From contig QPMI01000514.1 in the NCBI GenBank assembly GCA_004431415.1, positions 310,001 to 374,000 of the forward strand: 64,000 nt of DNA, in the 5' to 3' direction. Of the stretch, positions 50,205-61,926 are shown one piece after another (the first letter of the stretch is position 1; every line of letters begins with the position of its first letter). A program made the position numbers and the translations under genes. The notes beneath the pieces were generated by a model. The model searched no databases. It worked only from the letters and a program-made list of their open reading frames with translations, and had not been told where the DNA came from. The stretch is from Cyanophora paradoxa CCMP329. Taxonomy: Eukaryota > Plantae > Glaucophyta.

Positions 50205-50435
50205 TCTGCCAGCCTCAGCGACCGCAGCGGGACAAGAGCGACCGCAAACACAGGTATTGCAGGAAGGGGTGATCGTACAGCAACCATCAAGTACTGCCGC
50301 CACCCGTCGCTTCAGCTTCAGCTGTGCATAGGTAGTCAGTCGGCTGCAGGCGCCCAGTAGGGTCCTAAACGGCACGGCATAGCATGTGCATCTTCATAAG
50401 CGAGGCCCAGCCCTTGCAGATCATGGAATCCTAGA

Positions 50436-53400
50436 ATGCCAGCGCTGCTTACCCACGGCGATCTGGGCGTCCGGCCTACTGCGAACTCTTTCCCTCCGAT
50501 TATAGCACCACAAGGGAGGCAAGGCGCTCATCCACTTGCCGGCCAGCAGTCGACGGACAACCTCCATGGGCTCCACGCCGGCGGAGCGCCGGGTCACGGG
50601 CAGGCCCGCGGCCCGCGACCGCGAGCAAACTCTGTGGCAGTTGGTTCAGGAAGCTCCGCGCTCTTAGCTGCGGCGAACGGCTACAACGGGGTCGCGCACT
50701 CCAATGGCAAGTCACCGCCGGCAATCGCGCGGCTCTCCGCCGTGCCATCGGTAGTACGCAGACGCAGCGTCGCTACCGATGTCCTCCCGCCGCTCCCCGC
50801 CGCCGGCGACGGGAGCCCGCCGCACGGGATGGGCTCGTCGGCGTCAACCCCCGTCCTCTCCCGCCCCTCCTTCCCCGCACGCACGCCGTCTCCGCAGCCG
50901 CCGACGTACAGCCTCTCAGCGGCACCCACGCTGGACGCATCCCCACCCGCCTCGTTGCTCCAGTCCTCCGCATCTTCCCCCACGCTCTCCCGCCCCTCCT
51001 TCGTTTCGCGCGCACCCTCGCCGCAGCCCAGCTTCCCCTCCCCGTCCTCGGCGCGCCCGCCGCTCCCAACGACGCCGAACCGCTCGGGGTCGCTGCAGGC
51101 GCCCAGCGGGGGCGGGCGCGCGCCGTCGCCCACGCCCCTCCCGCGGACGCCCGCCTCGGTTGCCCTCGCCCAGCACAAGGGCTCCGGCTCCGGCTCCGGC
51201 TCGGGCGCCTCGCAGCACCGCTCGCCCGGCGGCGCGCTCTCCTCGTCGGGATCGAATCCGGCCATAGTGGCCGTGGAGGAGATGGCGGCCCCCGAGACCG
51301 GCGGCGGCGGCGGCGACTCCCGCACCGTCCGGCTCTTCCTCAGCAGGCGCGCGTTCTTACTCCGTACCCCCAGCACGCGCTCAGCGTCTGATTCGATCTG
51401 CACCGCGCAGCACGTTCCGGGACATGGTGCACGAGCGGGACGCGCTGTTCAAGAGCGCCGTGCCCCGCATTCGGCGCGCCCTCGCCGACCGCGGCCTCTT
51501 CTTCGTCGCCGTGGACCTCCGCTGGGTGCGCCTGCGCGCGCGCGCCGGTTCCGCAGCGGGGGGCGGGGCTGAGGGGGCGGGGGCCAGGGGATCACGGAGG
51601 CGGCGGCGAAGGGGGGCGAGGTGGTGCGCCTCTGCCTCCGCGAGGTCCTCCGCTCCAAGTACTTCATCAGCTTCCTCAAGCGCCGCTACGGCTGGCCCGC
51701 CCCGCCCCCTCCCCCCCTTCCATCCTGCTCTCTCCGCCCTTGTTCGGGCCCCCTCACCCTCCCCGCAGGCACCAGGACCCATCCGCCCCCCACGACGCCC
51801 TCTTCGCCAAGCGCGTCGCTCCCCTCCGCCGCCGCCGCCCGTCGCTCACGACGGGTACCCCCGCGCAGGTCGGTGGACCGGGCCGCGACGGAGTTCCCGT
51901 TCCTGCGCTCGTACCCCGGCCGATCCGTGACCGAGTGGGAGTGCCGCCTCGGAGCCTTCCTGGACGCCGCGGTACCCCCTCTCGGTCGCTCGCGGCCCGC
52001 CCTACCCGCCGGCGCCTGACGCCGTACCCCCCCAGGGCCACGCGAATGTCAGGAAAGACACGAGCCGGTTCTACTTCGCCAATGCGGCTCTCATGGCTGC
52101 CGCGGCGAAGGTTCGCCCGCCGCGCGAGCGTTCCTCCGCCGGTCCGAACCCGTACCCCAGGAGGAGGCCTCCCAGGAGGGCGCGTACGCGTCGCAGCGGC
52201 TCGAGGCGCTGAAGGCGGAGATCTCCGGTACCCCAGGGATGCCCGTGGGGGAGTACTCGGGCGCGGCGGACCTCGCCAACTCCGTGTACAATGATTTCAT
52301 GCAGGCGCGCCGCCCGCGCACCCCCCTCACACCTCGCCGGCGCGTACCCCCCTCACCGGCGTTCCGTCCGGGGTACAGATGGTCGAGAGGGACTTCCCCC
52401 GCGGCCGCGAGAAGAGTTGGCTCCAGGTCTGCGGGCGTCCCCCTCCGCACGCTGAGCCCCGACCAACGCGAACCCCCCTCCACAGGCGGAGCGGCAGGCG
52501 CACGAGGCGTTCGGGCAGGCGCGGAGGCGGCTGTGCGCCCTCCGCCCTCCCGCCCCGCGCGGCGCCGGCGGCTGAGGCGGGGCGGCAGGTACTACGGGGC
52601 GCGGAGCGACTACGAGAGGATGGACGCATACGCTGCGGGGGCGGGCCCCGAGATCCTGCTCGTCCGCGGGGAGTCGGGGGCCGGCAAGTCGGCCCTCATG
52701 GCGAACTGGTCCGAGTCCTGGCGCCGCCGCCACCCGGGCGACCTCATCATCGTCCACTTCGTCGGCGGTGCGCGCGCGCGCGGGGCCGGATTAGAAGAAA
52801 CGAGACCTTCAATGTCGAGCTTCTGCAAGAGACCGTCAGCCCCGCCTGAGCCGCGGGGTCGCCGCAGGGAGCCAGCAGAGCGCGCGCGTCTCCAACCTCA
52901 TCCAGTGCGCCCGTCGCTCCGCTCCGCGCCGCCCCCGAGTGCCTTTTCCTGAGGGGCGGGGGGCAGGCGGGTGTCGGAAGAGACGCGGGAGCGCTTCCCG
53001 CTGCTGCCGGCCCTCGACATGGGCGGCTCCGAGGGCGAGGTGCGCCCCGCTCCCGGCCCCGGCCCCGCTGAATAGCTAGCTAGCAAGCACGCCAAGTTGC
53101 TACCGCGCCGCTCTGATCGCCCCTGACATGGCCCCCTGCTCCTCCTCCTGGGCGGCAGCTGATGGCGCGGTTCGCGACGTGGCTCTCGGAGGCGGCGGTC
53201 CTCTTCTCCGCCCGCGTCGTCCTCGTCGCCGACGCCCTCGACCAGGCGCCCCTCCTCCGCAGCCGCCGAGAGCGTGGGGCGTGCACGGCGTGGGGGCGCC
53301 CGCTGACCCCCCTCCCCTCCCCCCGCGCAGCTGGCGGACGACGGGGACGCGCAGCGCCTCTCGTGGCTCCCGCCGGCGGCCGCCCCCTCCCTCCGCTTCA

Positions 53401-56400
53401 TCCTCTCCTGCGTCCCCGGCCGCGCCATGGACGCCGCCGAGGCCCGCCCCGCCCGCCCCGCCCCGGCGCCGCAGCGGCGCAGCAGCGGCGCCGCCCCGCC
53501 CCGAGCTAGCTCACGCTGCCGGCGCGCGCGCGCAGGCGCGGCCGCACCTGCCGCACGTGGTGACGCCGCTGGACAACGCGCGCCGCCGGGGCGTCATCGA
53601 GGCCGACCTCCGCCAGGCGAGGCCTCCACGCCGGCCCTCCCGAACCCCGCCCCCGCCCCCTTACCCCTCCCCCTCAGGCCGGCAAGTCGCTCTCGGAGGC
53701 GCAGATGGAGCGGCTGCTGGGGGCCGAGCAGTGCGCCAACCCCCTCTTCCTCATGGTGGTGCGCGCGGCAGCCGCGGGGCTGGCCGGGGCGGGGCGTGGC
53801 GCGGGGGGTGGGGCGGGGCCGACGGGGCGGGTGCGGGGCAGCTGCTGGAGGAGCTGGAGACGGGGGCGGTGTACGAGACGCTGGACCCGCGGATGGAGGA
53901 GCTGCTGCGGTGCCGCGAGCCCCGCGAGCTCTACGGCAAGGTCATCGAGCGCTGGGCCGGCCTCTACGGCGAGACCCTCGTCCAGGCACGCCCGCGGCCC
54001 CGCTCTCCCCCGCCCCCGCACCCTTGCCTGCTTTCCCGAACGGCGCCGCTCGGCACGGCAGGGCTGCCTCTGCGCCATCGTCTGCTCCAGGCACGGCATG
54101 GCCGACGCCGAGCTGCAGGCGCCCGCGTGCACCCTCCCCTTGGCTCGCGCCGGCGCCTGACCTCTGCGGGCGCGCGCAGCTGCTCCTGGGCGTGGGCAGC
54201 GGGGACACGGGCTCCATGTCGGAGATCGTGACCCCGGCGTCCCCTGCGGACGCCGGCGCCGTCTCCCCGCTCACCTGGTCCGTCCGAGACGAGTCGTCCT
54301 CTTTCGCCGCTCGGGGGGGCCCTGACGGCGCCGTCGTCCCGCCAGGGCCGAGTTCCTCGCGGTGGCCAACTCGATCCTCATCAACCGCGACGGCCTCTAC
54401 GGCTTCTTCCACCGCGCCGCCAACGAGGCCCGCCGCAGCCCTTTCGGAGCGCCCCCGCCCCCGCCGCGCTCTCCTGAGCGCGCCCGCCCGCAGGCCGTGG
54501 AGGAGCTGTACGGGATCGCCGCCAAGGTGGCGAACGTGAGCGGCAAGGGCGCCGGGTGGCAGAAGGCGCGGGCAGCGGGGCGGGCCCTCCGCCGCAACAA
54601 GTGGCACGCCCGCCTCGGAGAGTTCTTCGCCAAGCAGGCGAGCGAGCCTTCGCCCACCCGCCCCGCCCGGCGCCCTCCGAGCAGCGCCGCGTGTCGCAGC
54701 CGCCCTCGCGGAGGAAGGCGGACGAGGCGCCCTGGCAGCTCGCCCGCGCCAAGGAGAAGGAGAAGCTCGCCCAGGTCCGCGCCCCCCGCCCTCTCGCACG
54801 CAGGCCGGAGGCGTCCTCTCCCCGGGGGGCTGAGGCGGGGGCCGGGGCGGGGCAGGTGCTGACGGACCTGGACGTGCTGCGGCGCCTGATGGACTCCTCC
54901 GCCACCCGCCACGAGCTCGTCCAGTACTGGGTCGCCACCGGCGCCAAGGACGTGCGCCCCCGCCCCGCCCCGCGCCCCCCCCACAACTTGCCGGCCCATC
55001 GAGCATCGAGCACGGGCAACTGCGAGCCGCGCCGGCCGCTGACGGGTCTCGCAGGGGGCGCCGAAGCGGTACGAGAAGGCGATCGGGCGGGCGGCGGCGG
55101 GCGGGGAGACGGGGGTGGAGGTGGCGATGCACTGGCAGCGGGCGGGGGCGCTGCTGCGGCTGATGGGGCTCTTCGGGGAGGCGACGCCCTTCCTCGAGCG
55201 CTCCGTCCAGCTCCTCGACGAGGCCGGCTCCGACGGCCTCCAGCTCCAGGCCAGCCCCCTCCGTCCTTACTCCAAATATCGCCCCTGCCGGCCCCGCGAG
55301 GGGCGCCGTCTCACGCGGCCGGCCCGGCGGCGGCGGGGGCGCAGGCGGCGGGGGCGTACGAGGAGCTGGCGAACCTCTACGCCGACCGGGGGCGCTACGA
55401 CCGCGCCCTCCCGCTCCTCCAGGCCCGCCTCGCTCGGCCGGCGCGTTTGACCGCGTGTGTGGCCCCTGACCCCGCCCCGCCCTGCAGAAGGCGATGGGGA
55501 TCCGGACGGAGACGCAGGGCGGGAGGCACCCCGACGTAGCCGGATGGTGCCCCACCCTTTGCTTCCCTCGGCCCCCGCCTCCGCGCCCCTTTGAGCGCGC
55601 CGCGCCGCGCCGCAGCCTGGACAGCATCGCGCTGCTGCACGCCCACAGGGGCGAGCTGCAGAAGGCGGAGGACCTGTTCACGGTGCGCCCCCGCCCGCCG
55701 CCCTTGCTGCCGTCCCGGCGCGCCTTGCGCCGCGCCGACGCGCGCGCGCACACGCAGCAAGCGAAGGCGATCCGGGAGGCGGCGCTGGGGGACAGGCACC
55801 CGGACGTGGCGCTCTCGCTGGACCACATCGCCGCCCTCGACAAGCGCCGCGGCCGCTACGACGACGCCGAGCAGCGCCTGCGCGTGCGCCCCCGTCCCTT
55901 CCCCCGCCCCCTCCCGCCCTCCCCGTCCGACCGCCGGGGCCGCAGAAAGCGCTGCAGATCCGGCAGGCGGTGCTGGGGAAGGACCACCCGGACGTGGCCG
56001 CCACGCTCAACGTCCTCTCCCAGGTCGGCCCACGCAGGCCGCGCCACGCCCGGCGTCCTGTCCACGCTCACCACCCCGCAGATCAACACCCTCTCGGGCC
56101 GCCACGACGAGGCCGAGCAGCTCGTCACGGTGCCGCCCCGCCCCGCCCCGCCCTGCAACTCTGCCCCCGTGACACTCTCGCTCCCCGCGCAGCACGCTAT
56201 GCAGATCCGGCAGCGCGCGCTCGGCGGTGCGCCAACGCTCCTCCCTGCCCGGCCCGGCCCCGCCGGCCCTGACTCCGGGCCCCCGGCAGAGGACCACCCG
56301 AAGACGGCGGACTGCCTGCGGGCGCTGGCGGCGCTGCGGATGGCGCAGGGGCAGCCCGAGGAGGCCGAGAAGCTCTGCCGCAAGGCCCTCGAGCTGCAGA

Positions 56401-59400
56401 AGGTCGCCCTCGGCCGGTCCGCCCGTTGCATTCTCGGGGGGGGGAACCTGCGGGGGTCGACGGGGCGTGGCGCGGGATGCGGGCAGGTCGCACCCGGACG
56501 TGGCGTCGACGGAGCACCAGCTGGCGACGATCTGCGACGCCCAGGGCCGCTTCGACGAGGCCGAGGAGCGCTTCCTCGTGCACCCTTCGCCCCTCCTCGT
56601 CACACGGCGCCGTGTGTGTGACGGGGCGGGTGCCTGCAGCGGGCGCTGGCGATCTGGGAGGCCCGCTTCGCCTTCAACCACGCCTACGTCGCCGAGGCGC
56701 GCCCTCTCTCCTCCGCTTTATCCCCCGCTTTCCCCCCTGCTTTCTTCTCCTCGCTGACGACCGCTTGCGGGGCAGACGCTCTCGGCGCTGATCTCGATGT
56801 TCATGGCCCAGGGCCTCCAGAGGCGGCTGGAGGACTTCCTGCGGACGCGCAACTCGGACCCCGCCCTCGCCCTCCGCGACTGCGCCGCCATCTGCGCCCT
56901 CCAGGGCATGTTCCCCCAGGCGCGCACGCGAGCCAGCGAGCCGGCGCCCCCGCCCCGCCGCCCCTCTCTGACGTCGCCCGCAGGCGGCGGCGATGTACAA
57001 CCGGGCGCTGGAGATGGCCAAGACGGCCCTGGGCCCCCGCCACCCCGAGGTCTGGTCTCCACGCCCTGGATCCCTGCGGGGGCCTCGCGTGCGGGGGTGC
57101 TGAGGGGGGCGGCGGGGCAGGTGGGGGACTACATATCCGCCCTCGCGATGTTCCACGCCGACCAGCAGGAGTTCTGGCTCGCGGAGCCCATGCTCCAGGC
57201 CCGCCCCCCCGCCCCGCCCCGCCTCTCGTTCAGCTGCCGCCGCCGCCGCCTCTGAGCCGGCTCGCGGGGCAGGAGGCGCTGGAGCTGCGGAAGAGCGCGC
57301 TGGGGGCGAACGACCCCAAGGTCGCCGACTCCCTCTTCGACCTCGCCGCCTTCTACAAGCGCCAGCACCACCTCAAGGAGGCCGAGCCCCTCCTCAGGGC
57401 GAGCCGCCCCCTCCTCTCTGGCCTTGCCTTCTCCGCAGCTGAGGGGCGGCCGCACGGCAGCGCTGCCTGGACATCCGGGACCTGCAGCTGGGGGCGGGGA
57501 GCCCGGAGGCGGCGGCGGCGGCCCGCGAGCTCGCCGCCGTCTGCGTCGAGCTCGACATGCGCTCCGACGCCATGCAGCTCTACCAGGTCTCCCCCCGCTC
57601 GTCGCAGCCTCCTTCCTTCTCGGCTCACCGGGGGGCGGGCCTCGCGGGTGCAGCGGCTGCTGGAGAGCAACGAGGCGGTGGCGGCGGCGGGGCAGGACGA
57701 GGTGTCGGTGGCGGCGACCCTCCACGAGCTCGCCACGCAGCTCTACAAGGCCGGCGACACCGACGCCGCCCTCGCCGCCTCCGAGGTGCCCCGGCCCGCC
57801 CCGGCCTCCAGAGCCCCCCGCCGGCCTCTGACGCCGGGCAAGCGGGCGATGCCGTTCTGCGAGCGGGCGCTGGGGCGCTCGGACCCGCGCGTGGAGGAGC
57901 TGGCGCTGAACCTCGGCGCCATCGCCCTCAAGGAGTACCGCCCCATCGACGCCGAGCGCCTCTACCGCGTGCGCCCCCCCGCCCCGCGCAACGCGCGCCG
58001 GCGCCGCCGACTCCCGCCGCGGCAGCGGGTGCTGGACAACCGGAAGGGGGCGAGCGGGGGGAAGGAGGGGATGGACGTGGCGGGGGTGCAGGCGCTGGAG
58101 GGCCTCGCGGCGGCGTACGTGATGCAGGGGAAGACGAACGACGCGGCGGAGCAGTACGAGCGCCTCCTCCACGAGCAGCGCCGCAGCGCCTTCGTCGGGC
58201 CCGACCACCCCTCCACCAGCGACACCGTCCGGCCCCCGCCCCCTCCAGCCCGCGCTCCACCTCTCGGGGCCCCTCTGAGCCGCCCGCGCAGATGCAGCAC
58301 CTGGCGGACATCCGCTCGACGCAGCAGAACAAGGCCCCCGAGGCCGAGGCCCTCTACACGGTGCCCGCCCCGCGCCCCGCCCCGCCCATTAACCCCCTCT
58401 CCGCTCCGCCGCTTACGCCCTCGCTCGCTGCAGCAAGCGCTGGAGCTCCGGAGGCGCCTGTTCGGGCAGAGCGACCGCAAGGTGGCCGCACTTGTTGCTC
58501 TCTTCTTCCTGTTCTTCCTGCTCGCGGATCTCCGTTTGATCTACGCCCCTCCGTCAAGGTGGCGGAGACGATGCTGGGCCTGGCGAAGCTCCTGAGCGCG
58601 AACGGGCGCCACGCGGAGGCGGAGCCGCTCTTCCGGCAGTGCCTGGAGATGCCGACGGGGAGCTCGGCGGCGCTCATCGAGGTGCTCGGCGGCCTCGCCG
58701 ACGCGTACGAGGCGCTTCACAGGCGCTCCGAGGCGGCCGCCACGCTGCAGCGCCTGCTCGCCATGCAGCAGGCCTCCCCGCTCCTCGGCAAGGTCCGCCC
58801 CGCCCCCGCCCCCGCCGCCGGGCCGCCGGCCGCTGGGCCGCTCAGCGCGGGGGCGGGGGCAGGACGCGCCGGAGACGGTGGCGACGGCGTACCGCCTGGG
58901 GCGGGCGCTCGCGGAAGAGCGCAAGTACGAGCTGGCGGAGCCGCTGCTGCAGCGGGCGGTGGCGGCGCGGGAGAAGAAGATGGGCGGGGAGCACGCGGAG
59001 ACCGCCGAGGCCTCCCTCGCCCTCGCCGACGTCCTCAAGGCGCGCCCTCCTCACAGCAGAGTCTCACACAGCTCGCGGGTGATCTCCTCCGCAGGCACGG
59101 GGCAAGTACACGGAGGCGAGCGTGATCTACCAGAAGTGGCTGCGCCTGCGGCTCCCCCGCCTGGGCGGCCCGGGCGCCGAGCAGCTGCAGCTGCTACGCC
59201 TCATCGCGAGCCTGCAGGAGTGCGAGCGCCAGCAGCGCGACTGGGACGCCCTCTCCAAGGTGCTGCCACGAGCGCCCGCCTCGGGTGGCGCCTCTGACAG
59301 CGCCCGGCAGCGCGTGCTGGAGTCGCAGGCGCCGCGGCTGGACATCAAGGACCAGCGGGGGCCCCTCCCAGGCCAGGACGAGTGGCTCTGGAAGGCCCGC

Positions 59401-61429
59401 CCGCCCCGCCGCCCCGCCCCCGCCGCCCCTCCGCCCCTGACGCCGCCGCCGCCGCAGAACGAGGAGGGCGTGAAGCGCTGGAACGAGGCGATGGACGCGC
59501 TGAAGGTCCTCGAGTGCAGCGCCTCTGCTCCGCGGCGCGCCGTGACGCGCCGTGTCGCAGCGGAGCGGCCCGACGTCGGTTGAGTACGCCAAGTCCCTCA
59601 AGCTCTGCGAGGACGCCTTCACGGTGCGCGCGCGCGGGGCGCGACGAGGCCCGGCCCTTCGCCCTCGCTGAGCGCGCCGGGTGCAGGGCTCGCTGGCGGT
59701 GCGGGAGAAGCACCTGGGGCCGACGGACGCGCGCTGCGCCATCGCCGCCGACAACCTCGGCCTCCTCCACGTCCACAGGCGCCCCCGGCCGCCTCCCCTC
59801 CTGCCCCGCCCCGCCCGCCCGCCCTGACCGGCCGCCCGCCCGCTCGGCTCGGCTCGGCGCAGGGGCAACAACCAGCTCGCCGAAGTGCTCTTCAAGGTGC
59901 CCCCCGCGGCCCGCGGCGCCCCGGCGCCTCGCCGGGTGCCGACGGCGCCGGCAGCGCTCGCTGGCGCTGCAGGACGCCGGCTCGGCCTCGCAGAAGGGCA
60001 ACGACGCCCGCATGGCCGCCCTCGCCGGTGCGCGCCCCCGCGAGCCCCGCCCTCCCCGCGCCCCCGCTCACCCCGCCGGCCCCGGCGCCCGGCGCAGACA
60101 CGGTGACGCTGCTCTCGGCCCTCGTGCTCCGCCGCGACGACTACAAGGAGGCCGAGACGCTCCTCAACGTGCGCGCGCCCCGCCTGCGCCGGCCCCGCCG
60201 CCCGGCGCCCGACCGGCTCGGGGCCGGCGCGCAGCGGGCGCTGGACCTGCGGAAGCGCGCCCTCGGCCCCAACGACCCCAAGGCCCGCGCTGGCGCCGCC
60301 CCCGTGCAAAAGCCCGTCGGCCGCTGAGCGCGGGAGGCGTGCGCAGGTGGCAGCCTCGCTCTTCTCGCTGGCGCAGCTCTACGCGGCGCAGCAGAAGCTC
60401 GCGGACGCGGAGCCCCTCTACAAGGTGCGGCGAGAGGGCCGGCCTCGGAGCCCGCGCCTGACCCCGGGGGGCAGCGGTGCATGGAGGCGCGGCTCAAGTC
60501 GCTGGGGGAGAAGGACGGCGCCACGGTGGAGGCGATGATGGCCCTCGCCACCCTCTTCAACGTCTCCGGCCGCCCCGCCGAGGCCGAGCCCGTCCTCCGC
60601 GTCCGTCCCCCCGGCCCCCCTCCTCCCGCGCCCCGCGGTCCCGCCGCTGAGGGGACGGGGCGGCAGCGGGCGCTGGGGGCGCGGGAGAAGGCCCTGGGCC
60701 CCAACCACCACGAGGTCCGCCCCGCCCCGCCCACACGCCCCCCCTACTCTCGCTGCTCTCTCCCAACGCTCCGCACGCCCCCACCGCCCCACCTTTCCGC
60801 CCCACCCCCCCCGCCTACGCGCCGGCGTGCACGTGGCCGACGCCCCGCCTCCCGCGCAGGTGGCGGACGTGCTCTCCGAGCTCGCCGCCTCGTGCCTCGC
60901 CCAGCGCCGCGCCCCCGAGGCCGAGAAGCTCCACAAGGTCCGCCGCCGACGCAATCACAAGACTGCACTCTTAATCGTTTATATAATGGAACAATGCACT
61001 CTCAAACGTTTATAGAATACAGTTCCTTCGGTCGCTGCCGCGCTGACCGGACGCTGCGCCGGGCAGCGGGCGCTGGAGATTCGGGAGCTGCGTGTGGCGC
61101 GGAGCCCGGACCACGTCCGCTCCCTCGCCCAGGTGCCCCGCCCGCGCCGGTTGAGATTGTTCTGCGCGCCCCTGAGCGCCGGCACCCGCGCGCGCGCAGC
61201 TCGCGGCGCTGTACCTTTCGGAGAAGAAGCCGGCGGAGGCGGAGCCCCTCGTCAAGGCGAGCCGGCCGCCCCCGCCTGTCCCGCCCCCGCCCCCTCTGAC
61301 CCGCCCGCCCCGCAGAAGCTGCAGAAGATCCTCAGCGACTCGGGGGCCGGCCTCGCGCCGGCGGCCTCCGTGCCCCCGGCACAGGGCGCCCCCGGGCGGG
61401 CCGTAGTGGGCCCCTCCAAGACCCACTGA
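50436..61429 (+). CDS. STAND NTPase: Ser/Pro-rich N-terminus - DUF4062 - NACHT-type P-loop - long array of 42-aa TPRs (nephrocystin-3/TTC41-like), multi-exon
   Basis: VRLFLS|STFRDMVHERDAL, VAVDLRW|GIT, LCLREV, RRYGW, SVTEWE. Walker A LLVRGESGAGKS (~52655-52690), LIIVHFVG, Walker B VVLVADALDQ|L, NPLFLM, YGFFHR. Many ALxIRxxxLGxxHPDVA repeats from ~55050 to 61330. Stop TGA at 61427-61429. Confidence 0.92.
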
Positions 61430-61926
61430 GCGGCGCTTTAGCTTTCTTTCTGTATAGTCTGTGCCCGTGTGCCACGCTTTTTCGCCTGCGCGTCTATTTG
61501 TATAGCTCTAGGTATGGACCCAGAAACCTTGGTAGGGTATGAGATTTGGCCTCCTTTTTTCGGGCCTATTTGTGTCGCCATTGTGCCTGCAGGATGCGCT
61601 AGCTGTAGAAACTTGGAAACTTGGAACCTTTCAAGAGATGGCCGCTGTGTGTGCGAGACGGACCCTGCCACTGGCCCACTGGCCGCGCTTGAAGCCTGGC
61701 CCCTCAAGCCCCTCTTGAGTCCGGATCCTGAGCTCGATCGGGAGCTCCAGGGACGCAGTCACTGAGTCGCGCGGGTTGTTGAATTTCGCGCAGCCCGGCC
61801 CGGCCCGAAAGCATGCGCCCCGCACACAGCCATTCGAATCCGACTTGCGCATGCGCGCATTCTATGCCTATGACTTGCGCATGCGCGCATTCGAATCCTG
61901 CTACACAATGCACCGCCAAGCCCCGG

